DNA from: Octopus bimaculoides
Lineage: Eukaryota
DNA length: 45,238 nucleotides
Assembly: GCF_001194135.2 (NCBI RefSeq)
Contig: NC_068986.1
Location: 16,935,193-16,980,430, forward strand
Direction: 5' to 3'
The notes beneath the pieces were generated by a model that was not told the DNA's origin, ran no database searches, and was given only the letters and a program-made list of their open reading frames with translations. Positions 35,836 to 45,238 of the stretch are shown here, one piece after another. The translations under genes were made by a program, and so were the position numbers. How positions within the stretch are numbered: the stretch's first letter is position 1; the number at the start of each line of letters is the position of its first letter.

Positions 35836-36402
35836 ACTCTTTTACTTGTTTCAGTCATTTGACTGCGACCATACTGGAGCACCGCCTTTAGTCGAGCTAA
35901 TCGACCCCAGGACTTATTCTTTGTAAGTCTAGTACTTATTCTATCGGTCTCTTTTTACCAAACTGCTAAGTTATGGGGACGTAAACACCCCAGCATCGGT
36001 TGTCAAGCAATGATGGGGGGACAAACAGACACACAAACACGCATACACACGCATACACACACACACACACACACACACGCATCTATATATACATATATAT
36101 ATGTATANNNNNNNNNNNNNNNNNNNNNNNNNNNNNNNNNNNNNNNNNNNNNNNNNNNNNNNNNNNNNNNNNNNNNNNNNNNNNNNNNNNNNNNNNNNNN
36201 NNNNNNNNNNNNNNNNNNNNNNNNNNNNNNNNNNNNNNNNNNNNNNNNNNNNNNNNNNNNNNNNNNNNNNNNNNNNNNNNNNNNNNNNNNNNNNNNNNNN
36301 NNNNNNNNNATAGTAGAAGACACCCGCCCAAGATGCCACACAGTGGGACTGAACCCAGAACCATGTGGTTGGTAAGCAAGCTACTTATCACACAGCCACT
36401 CC
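35836..36402 (-). mobile_element. SINE family A spanning a gap; a second tail half follows at ~36425-36600
   Basis: Tail at 35836, internal microsatellite running into Ns, head resuming at 36311. Confidence 0.8.
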
Positions 36403-36600
36403 TGTGCCTATATATATTTTTTTTTTTTACTCTTATTTGTTTGTCATTTGAATGCAGCCATGCTGGAGCACCACCTTTAGTCAAACAAATCAACCCCAGT
36501 ATTTATTCTATCAGTTATCTTTGCTGAACTGCTAAGTTACAGGGACGTAAACACACCAGCATCGGTTGTTAAGCAATGGTGGGGCGACAAACAGACACAC

Positions 36601-36631
<31 letters not shown>

Positions 36632-36659
36632 TGTAGCATGCTGGATATAATATATATAT

Positions 36660-37080
36660 TAGCATGCTGGACAAAATGCTTAGTAGCATTTCACCCATCA
36701 CTGTTCAGAGTTCAAATTCTGCCGAGGTTGACTTAGCTGTTTATTCTTTGGAGGTCAATGAAATAAGTACCAGTTGAACACTGAAATTAATGAAATCAAC
36801 TCATACACCTCCTCTAAAATCGCTGCCTCTGGGGCAAAATTTGAAACCTTTACTATCATTATTAAGGTGACGAACTGGCCGATTCATTAGCACACTGGAT
36901 GAAATGTTTAGCAGTATTTCACCCATTGCTATGTTCTGAGTTCAAATTCAGCCGAGGTTGACTTTGCTGTTCATCCTTTTGTGGTCGACGAAGTAATTAC
37001 CTGTTGACCACTGAGGTTAATGTAATCGTCTATCCTCCTCCTGCAAAATTTCAGGCCTTGTTCCTTTAGTAGAAAGGATT
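36660..37080 (+). mobile_element. Two tandem SINE B copies
   Basis: GAGTTCAAATTC(T/A)GCCGAGGTTGACTT occurs twice (~36709 and ~36939). The second copy ends AAATTTCAGGCCTTGTTCCTTTAGTAGAAAGGATTATT. Confidence 0.75.
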
Positions 37081-37447
37081 ATTAACTCTGCCTTAGCGAA
37101 GGCGGAGGTATTGTTTTCAGTCACGTTTGTTTATTTGTTTATCCGTGGACAACATATCTCAAGAACCGCTAGATGGATTCGGATGAAACTTTCAGAGATG
37201 TTTGGCTTCATGACTGGGACAAACATTAGATTTTTTGATCGATCAAGTACTTGACACGGATTCTGGATTATTTTTCCCGTTTTTTTTTACTTAATTTTTG
37301 AGAGTGGCCTAGTTCATTTTTAGTATTCTTGTTTGTGAGAGCAATTGAGTTTATTTCAGATTTACTCATTTTAAAAATCATCTTCGGCTAATCATTGAGA
37401 GGATGTTGGTGTTGCCTTGGCAGAGGTTTGCACTCTCTGGGTGTTGT
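37081..37447 (+). mobile_element. Helentron-associated (HINE/DINE-1-like) non-autonomous element
   Basis: 5' stem-loop CTCTGCCTT-AGCG-AAGGCGGAG, GTTTGTTTATTTGTTT tract, and GATGGATTCGGATGAAACTTTCAG core. 3' subterminal GGCAGAG is inverted to the 5' CTCTGCC. Terminal hairpin GCACTC-TCT-GGGTGT with T-rich flanks. Confidence 0.7.
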
Positions 37448-37461
37448 TATTATTTTCTTTT

Positions 37462-37854
37462 ACTCTCTTTTACTTGTTTCAGTCATTTGACTGCGGCCAT
37501 GCTGGAGCACCACCTTTAGTCGAGCAAATCAACCCCAGGACTTATTCTTTGGAAGCCTAGTGCTTATTCTATCGGTCTCTTATGCCGAACCGCTTAGTTG
37601 TGGGAACATAAATACACCACCACCGGTTGTCAAGCGATGTTGGGGGGACAANNNNNNNNNNTATACACACACATACACATATATATATACATATATACGA
37701 CGAGCTTCTTTCAGTTTCCATCTACCATAGCCACTCACAAGGCTTTGGTCGGCCCAAAGTTATAGTAGAAAACATTTGCACAAGGTGCCATGCAGTGGGA
37801 ATGAACCCAGAACCATGTGGTTGGTAAGCAAGCTACTTACCACACAGCCACTCC
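37462..37854 (-). mobile_element. SINE family A, full length
   Basis: Matches the family consensus, with a 10-N gap in the internal microsatellite. Confidence 0.85.
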
Positions 37855-37868
37855 TGCACCTATGAGTA

Positions 37869-37903
<35 letters not shown>

Positions 37904-38016
37904 ATACTCAATAAAATAAATTAATTCAATTCTTGTTTATCTTCAAAAGCCTACTGACACCTGATAGTTAAGTTAACAACGCCTACCTTTACGTACCATA
38001 AATAAAGTCTATAATT

Positions 38017-38047
<31 letters not shown>

Positions 38048-38369
38048 TACAAATATATATCTATATATATCTACATTTTTATGCATAAATATATATATAT
38101 ATAATTATTATAACAATGTCTACAGACTAATGATTAAAGATATGTCATTGCCCTTGGGAAACCTATCCAGACTCAAATACCAACAATGATTTATTAACCT
38201 GATTTTTGTTTAGTTTGTTTGTTGTTTTTTTAAAGTTTTCTTTTTGGTTAATCGAATAACCATTTCATCTCCCTAACCTTTTCTCAATACCCAACATTAG
38301 AGATTAAATAAAATTAATACCAAGTTAATAAGATTCCAAACAAAACAAAACTGTTAAATCCCTCAAAAT

Positions 38370-38935
38370 GAATATGCACACATATATGCATGTCTATATG
38401 TGTGTGTGTATATATAGACACACACATCTACATATATATAGATAAACACATACACATACGCACACACACATCTGCATACATATACACACACATCTGCATA
38501 AAAACACACATCTGCATACAAACACACATCTGCATACAAACACACACACACACACACATCTGCATACATACATACACACACACATCCGCATACATACACA
38601 CACACATCCACATACATANNNNNNNNNNTGTGTGTGTATGTATGCGGATGTGTGTGCGTGTGTATGTATGTATGCAGATGTGTGTGTGTGTGTTTGTATG
38701 CAGATGTGTGTGTGTTTTTATGCTGATGTGTGTGTATATGTATGCAGATGTATGCACACATCTGCATACATATACACACACATCAGCATAAAAACACACA
38801 CACATCTGCATACAAACACACACACACACATCTGCATACATACATACACACGCACACACATCCGCATACATACACACACACACATCCACATACACACCTA
38901 CATACATGCATACATACACACATCTACATACATAC

Positions 38936-38972
<37 letters not shown>

Positions 38973-38995
38973 TGCACAAATATACATGCATGCAT
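38370..38995. repeat. (CA)-rich minisatellite with CATCTGCATACA units, including a ~126-bp-arm palindrome
   Basis: 38629-38754 is the near-exact reverse complement of 38755-38880. Confidence 0.85.
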
Positions 38996-39358
38996 GTACC
39001 CCTGACTCTTTCTCTCTCTCTAATTATATAAACTGTAATAATGAAGCCAAATTAAATAGCGATATTTCGAAATCATTTCACGTGCCTGTACCTTTCAAGT
39101 CTGCATAATAAAGAACAGAAAATGATTGACAGGTCTTATATAACGATTGCTTTTCACATTAGATATTAAGCAGACCTGAGACAAACGATTTCAAAATATC
39201 ACAATTTGGTTGGACTTCATTATAACAACTCACATGATTTGATGCCAGTACAAACTAGCCACTCCACACTTCACTTTTGCTAACACTAACAACAAATGAG
39301 TAGAAAATAACTATTTTTAAATCTCACAATGAGAGATATTCAACAACAGCACTTTGGA

Positions 39359-39605
39359 GTAAAGATTGTTTGCCAGCATAACATGGCAGTCCTAGTTTAG
39401 GACGAATGTTGCTGTAATTTATCCCCCAAGGAGACATTGTCTCCAGCTGGCTATATGACAGGATTTGCTAGATTCTTCTGTTTGAAAATGTAAGGACACA
39501 GATCGTGTCGTACAGCCAGCTGGAGACGATGTCTCCTGGGGTGAAATTACAGCAACATTAGTCCTAAACCCGGACTGCCATGTTATGTTGGCAAACAATC
39601 TTTAC
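39359..39605. mobile_element. Foldback element / MITE with ~105-bp inverted arms
   Basis: GTAAAGATTGTTTGCCAGCATAACATGGCAGTCC... (39359-39464) vs ...GGACTGCCATGTTATGTTGGCAAACAATCTTTAC (39502-39605), with a ~37-nt spacer. Confidence 0.8.
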
Positions 39606-40079
39606 TACAAATGAGTAGTTCGTTAAATTTGACTAAAGTCAAAAATTCTCGTACCATGCACCACTTCTTAGCATAACACAACATATATATATACATATAG
39701 TGATACCTTGCAGTAAAAGTTTAATTTGTTCCATGACCAAGCTCGTCTTATGATTTACTTGTTTTACAAATCAATTTTCCCCATTGAAATTAGCCAAAAT
39801 ATAATGAATCCGTTCCAGCCCCACCAAAACCACTCAACAATAAATTTTTTAAGGGTTTTAAAACAGAAATGGTGTAGTTACAAGTAAAACAACAATTATA
39901 AAAATGAGAATGCAAAAGAAATATGTAAACTGGTTTTATTAACTGAATTACCTTAAAGATGGGACGATTTGTGTCCTTGTACTGCAGATTTCTGCTTGTA
40001 CTTCATGACAAAAATTCACATGTGCCTTGGCTTGTACAGTAAATTACTAGTACAATGGTGCATTTCTGCTGTATATATA

Positions 40080-40310
40080 TCTATTTCTTTATTGCCCACA
40101 GGGGGCTAAACATAGAGAAGACAAGGAAGGACAGAAAAAGAGATTAAGTCGATTACATCGACCCAGTGTGTAACTGGTACTTAATCTATCGACCCCGAAA
40201 GTATGAAGGGTAAAGTCGACCTCGGAGGATTTTGAACTCAGAACGTAACAGCATACGAAATACCGCTCACCGTTTCGCCCAATGTGCTAACAATTCTGCC
40301 AGATCACCTA
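40080..40310 (-). mobile_element. SINE family B, full length
   Basis: Matches 5506-5733. CTGTATAT on both flanks (40069, 40311) may be a TSD. Confidence 0.82.
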
Positions 40311-41143
40311 CTGTATATGTATATATATCATCAACATTTGTTGGTCAGTTTGACCAGATCAGGCAAGCTGGGGAGCTGCACCAGACTTCCGTCTGATTTG
40401 GCATGATTTCTACAGCTGGCTACCCTTCCTAATGCCAACCACTTTATAGAGTGTGCAAGGGCTTTCAAGTCGGTGTTGGGGTAAGGCTTACAGCTGTAAA
40501 TTCATTTCGATTCTCAGGATTTTGCCATTGCAACAGTGTACCACATTTTATTACAATATAACATGTGATAATGATGGAATTAAATGAGATTTTGTTTACA
40601 CTAATATTTCTAATGAGATTAAAGTTGAATTTGATTTCATAATGATTATAACAAGAGGATTAATATATAGAAGCACACACACACATGCTTCTGCATTTGT
40701 GTTTATGCATGTATACACACACACACACTCAGTAATCCACTTCTGTATTTTTAATTCGTTCTGAAATAGCAAAATTTCTTTTATTTGTTTCAGTCATTTG
40801 ATTCTGGCCATGCTGGAGCACCACATTTAGTTGAACAAATCAACCCTAGGACTTAATTTCTTGTAACCCTAGTACTTATCCTACTGGTCTTTTTTGCCAA
40901 ACTGCTAAGTTACAGGTACATAAACATACCAACATTGGTTGTCAAGCAATGGTGGCTGGGTGGGGAGACAAAAAAGACACACATACAAATATATACACAG
41001 ACATGCAGGAAGTAAATAGACATTTAATTTTCAAAATTTCTGATCTAAGTGTCTTAATATGTTTTCAGTGGTGTAGAATTTGCAATGTAATTATTTTTTT
41101 GCATTCCAGGCGCCATTGTATTAAACGTTTGCGAAGAGTAACC

Positions 41144-41524
41144 ATGCTTCGCACAAAAAATTCAACAGAACTGTCAGATTTTCAAAGAGGTTGTATTGTT
41201 GGGCAATCTGAGGCTGGTCTTAGCCAGCAAAAAATTGTCGAAAATCTTCAAATTCCTCTTGCTACTGTTAATAGAATTATAGTGCAATTGAAAAGCCAAG
41301 GAAAAGAATCAACAGATTCTTGTCCCAGTCGACTTGGGTACTCGGAAAGAAAGCTTTGCTGTTTAAAGAGAATAGTGGAAAACGAACCCCCGTTTGAAGG
41401 CTTCTGACATTGCAAAACAGCTAGAAGTTAGTCCAAGAATGCGTGTTACATCTCTGCATAAGCTTGAGTATTATGGACGAGCAGCTAGAAGAAAACCTCT
41501 CCTAGAACCAATTAATATCAAATA
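41144..41524 (+). pseudogene. Tc1-family transposase N-terminal (paired-like HTH) fragment
   Basis: ACCATG start; MLRTKNSTELSDFQRGCIVGQSEAGLSQQKIVENLQIPLATVNRII... then a frameshift near 41390 to LKASDIAKQLEVSPR...LHKLEYYGRAARRKPLL. The ELSDF.RG.IVG and GR.ARRKP motifs are typical of Tc1. Truncated before the DDE domain. Confidence 0.85.
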
Positions 41525-41742
41525 AATCATCGTCATCATCGTTTAACGTCCGCCTTCCATGCTAGCATAGGTTGGACGATTTGACTGAGGACTGGTGAAA
41601 TCGGATGGCAACACCAGGCTCCAATCTGATTTGGCAGAGTTTCTACAGCTGGATGCCCTTCCTAACGCCAACCACTCAGAGAGTGTAGTGGATGCTTTTA
41701 CGTGTCACCCGCACGAAGGCCAGTCAGGCGGTACTGGCAACG
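41525..41742 (-). mobile_element. SINE-like family C, one internal unit, abutting the Tc1 remnant
   Basis: ATCATCGTCATCATCGTTTAACGTCCGCCTTCCATGCTAGC...GGCGGTACTGGCAACG. Confidence 0.78.
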
Positions 41743-41766
41743 TACTTCCTGCATATCTGTGTACAT

Positions 41767-41805
<39 letters not shown>

Positions 41806-42919
41806 CACACATACACACACGATGGGCTTCTTTTGGTTTCCATCTACCAAATCCACTCACAAGGCTTTGGTCAGCTCGAGGCTATAGAAGACACTTGCCC
41901 AAGGTGCCATGCAGTGGAGACTACATCCAGAACCATGTGGTTGGGAAGCAAGCTTCTTACCTCACATCCCCACCTGCACCTGTGTGCAAGTATTTTATAC
42001 ATCATCATCATCATCATCAACAACATTTAATGCCCTTGCTCCATACGAGCATGGACAGCATGGTCTGACATGATGCAACAGGTCCAAAGACTGCATTGTA
42101 CTCCAATGCCTTCTTTGGATTGGCATTTTCAGTTGGATGCTCTACCGGACACCAACCACTTTACAGCATGCGCTGGGTGCTTTCTATGTGCCACCACTTA
42201 CCAGTGTGATTGCCATACAGCTTGCAAAACTACAAGCTTTCATATCGTTTCCATCTACCAAATTCATTCACAAAGCATTGGTTAGTTCAGGCCCGTAGTA
42301 GAAGACACTTGCTCAAGGTGCTGCACAGTGGAGCTGAACCTGAAATCGTTTGGTCACAAGACTAGCTTTGTAACTAATTAAAAACAAAGTGAAGGAGAAA
42401 ATCAATTTTCTTAAAAGACAATTTTCTCAAATAACATTGTCATTTAAAAAGATTGCCGAAATACTGTAGGATCAGGTGTGTAACACTTTGAGGTAACCTA
42501 AGTAATTAGCAGACCAAATCTTCCACTGAGGGAATTTAAAATCTAAAAATAAAGCGATGATTCTAATTCAGATGATTGTAATTTTTGAACAAACTCATTA
42601 AAATGATAAGTATTAATTGGTGTAGATATATATGTGACCGAAAGCATAATCAGCTGTAACCATCCTCCAAAGCTAATTAACCACTAACAAATTTCTGTTG
42701 ATATCACCTATTTTTGTTTCAATTAATTTTGAACATATTTCAAGTATTTAGTAAAATTTCTGCCATTAAACTTGTGTTTAGAACTTAATTCAACATGAAA
42801 GTTTGATGGAAGGTTTTAATTTAGATCACTTTATGACAGAAAATTTGTGTTAACAGAACCGAGGGTAGTTTAGTATAAAAAGTCTCGTGTGAAACTAATA
42901 GTTTCGATTACTAGTAAAT

Positions 42920-43135
42920 ATCCTTTCTACTATAGGCACATGGCCTGAAATTTGGTGGGAATGGACCAGTCGATACAGTGACCCCAGTGTTTCACTGAGA
43001 GTTATTTTATTGACCCCAAAAGGATGAAAATGCAAAGGCGACCAGGGTGGAATTTGAACTCAGAAAGTGCAGGCAAGTGAAGTGCTGCAAAGCACACCCC
43101 ACCCCGGCGTCCTCAGGATTCTGGCAGCTCACCTC
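42920..43135 (-). mobile_element. SINE family B, decayed
   Basis: TCTTTCTACTATAGGCACATGGCCTGAAATTT...GGAATTTGAACTCAGA...CTGGCAGCTCACC. Confidence 0.7.
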
Positions 43136-43330
43136 TTTCATTATTAGTAAATATGAACAAAACTGTTCGGATGTTTTATTGTCGTCTGATGCATTCTCGT
43201 TCCATTTTAGAGATCTATATTTACATATGGCGTTCCACGTACACTTTTGCTCACCTTGTAAGTATACACACACACACACACACATAAATGAATGCCAGAA
43301 ATTATGCAGTTGGTGCTTAGTTTCTCCACT

Positions 43331-43720
43331 GTTGTTGGCGTCCGTCGCTTAAGACATCGAGGGTTCCAGTTGATCTGATCAATGGAACAGCCTGCTCGTG
43401 AAATTAACGTGCAAGTGGCTGAGCTCTCCACAGACACGTCAGACACGTGTACCCTTAACGTAGTTCTCGGGGATATTCAGTGACACAGTGTGACAATGCT
43501 GAACCTTAGAATTACAGGCACAACAGAAACAGGAAGTAAAAGTGAGAGAAAGCTGTGGTGGAAGAGTAGAGCAGGATTCGCCACCATCCCCTGCCGGAGC
43601 CTCGTCGAACTTTAGGTGTTTTCGCTCAATAAACACTCACAACGCCCGGTCTGGGAATCGAAACCGCGCTTCTATGACCGCGAGTCCGCTGCCCTAACCA
43701 CTGGGCCATTGCGCCTCCAC
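43331..43720 (-). mobile_element. SINE family E variant, full length with 12-bp TSD
   Basis: Head GTGGAGGCGCAATGGCCCAGTGGTTAGGGC...GGTTTCGATTCCC; 3' end GCGACGGACGCCAACAAC. AGTTTCTCCACT is repeated at 43319-43330 and 43721-43732. Confidence 0.9.
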
Positions 43721-43929
43721 AGTTTCTCCACTACTATAAAGAATACAGACAAAGCAGGCTGGAATGGATGTGGTTTTTAAAAGACAACTGATGAAAACAG
43801 CCGACATATTTTGGTATTTCCAGACTTCCTCGTAGAAGCATATTCTCCACATTTGGCAAGTTAAACAGTGATATGATCAATATTTATAGAAATAGGTGTC
43901 ATGCTGATTATGAATATTAATGATGCGGT

Positions 43930-44222
43930 TCCGACAAAACACCTCGAAGGAATCTGCGTGAAGGCATCACATACCTGACGTAGAGTGGTTGAAAAACGTC
44001 AAACGATTGAGTTTATCCGAGGCATAAAGAAAACGCGAATTAAGGAAGTCCAAAGTCAGCTCTTTGCTTTTCAGTCCAACAGACACCCACCACCAGTGCC
44101 CGACCTGCAGCAGAGCCTTCCGGGCATGCATGGGACACATTGGCAACAGCCAGACATATTGTGCCCCGTCTTCTTCTCCCGTGTAATATTCTTTATCATC
44201 GTCTATGACGACGGACGAAGTG
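43930..44222 (+). mobile_element. RTE-clade LINE 3' end remnant (second subfamily)
   Basis: EA*RKRELRKSKVS...HQCPTCSRAFRACMGHIG resembles the RTE C-terminal CPTCGRAFRARIGLISH knuckle. 3' UTR-like ATCATCGTCTATGACGACGGACG. Confidence 0.7.
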
Positions 44223-44816
44223 ATAAAAATAATAAAAATAATCTTCGCCCCCGAAAACCTGTCTCAGCAAAATTTCATTTAATATGCATTTATCATTTTA
44301 TTAGCAGAAAGTCAGGAAGGAACAATGTTGACATTATTATTTTTGTTCACTATAATGTTATTACCTATATATTTGAAAGAATTTCGCATCCTAGTTTTTC
44401 CCATCTCGACTTAATTTTCTTATAACTCTCTTCAAAGCAGATCTTTTTTTTTTTTATGACATTTTGCAGAAATAAGCTTTTGAGAAAGTAGATTTAGCAA
44501 TGTTGATATTTAGAAACTGAGAACTATGGAGGAAAAAAAAATATTCAAAGACAAAAAAAAAAAAAAACAAGTTAAGAAGAATTAGTAAGAACAACATCTC
44601 AGGCGAGGGAGGAATTGAACAATCTGAAACATTCGTGTTACTAAATATTTTACCGATATAATTGTTATTTTACACCACCGGAAACGAATCTGAGCAAAAG
44701 TTCATTAACAAACTATGCGTATTTCAGAAAGCTATGAGGAAACCATTTCGCGAACAGGGCACCAAATTGCCATTTATTATGAATGAGTATATAAATAGAA
44801 TAAAAATCATCGGAAT

Positions 44817-44848
<32 letters not shown>

Positions 44849-45188
44849 ACACACACATATATATCCTGTCGTGTCTGGGGTCATTCTCTTTTGATGCCTT
44901 ATAATTTAACACTCGCCGGTAAAATTTCCTCTCTCCAGACAGAACAGAATATGCTTCAACACACAAACTCATATAAAGAATCTTGCAAACCAAATCCCAA
45001 AACGAAATACATATATATTATATATCACACACATACAGTATTTGAAGAGGCACTCACTCTCCCTGTTCGAGATTAGCATCTATCTATCTATATGTAAAAT
45101 ATATATATAAATAAAGAGGGGAAACAAAAATTAAGGCACGACACTTTTAATTAATGTAAACGTGAATCGAAGCAAGGAAGGGTAAAAG

Positions 45189-45227
<39 letters not shown>

Positions 45228-45238
45228 TATATATATGT

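Noticed and set aside
39946-39985. Minus-strand YKDTNRPIFK ending at a good donor AAG|GTAATT
   Set aside because: The upstream acceptor lacks a pyrimidine tract and I do not recognise the peptide.

Overview
This is AT-rich eukaryotic (animal) non-coding DNA from a gapped draft scaffold, with 11 N-runs totalling about 3.4 kb. The SINE families and very high (CA)n/(TA)n/(AAT)n/(CAT)n density look like octopus or coleoid cephalopod DNA; that is inferred from recognising the repeats, not from a search. I found no intact protein-coding gene, and most track ORFs are microsatellite or N-run artefacts. The real coding remnants are all dead transposons: a DD37D maT/mariner transposase, a Tc1 N-terminus, three RTE-clade LINE fragments, and weaker CR1-like and Penelope-like scraps. 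Five recurrent SINE-like families are present (my labels A-E), along with MITEs, a Helitron 3' end, a Helentron-type element and several long hairpins. I found no CRISPR, rRNA or intact tRNA. The best lead is a minus-strand branch point, pyrimidine tract and AG|GTAAGT junction with a 49-nt exon closed in all three frames at ~6.0-6.1 kb, which is the architecture of a recursive splice site. Other leads: a tandem array built from a SINE Pol III head, a SINE with an internal ~65-bp VNTR, modular SINE shuffling, and a clear CpG-decay signature in a local duplication. I cannot support a wholly new biological system from this sequence alone.
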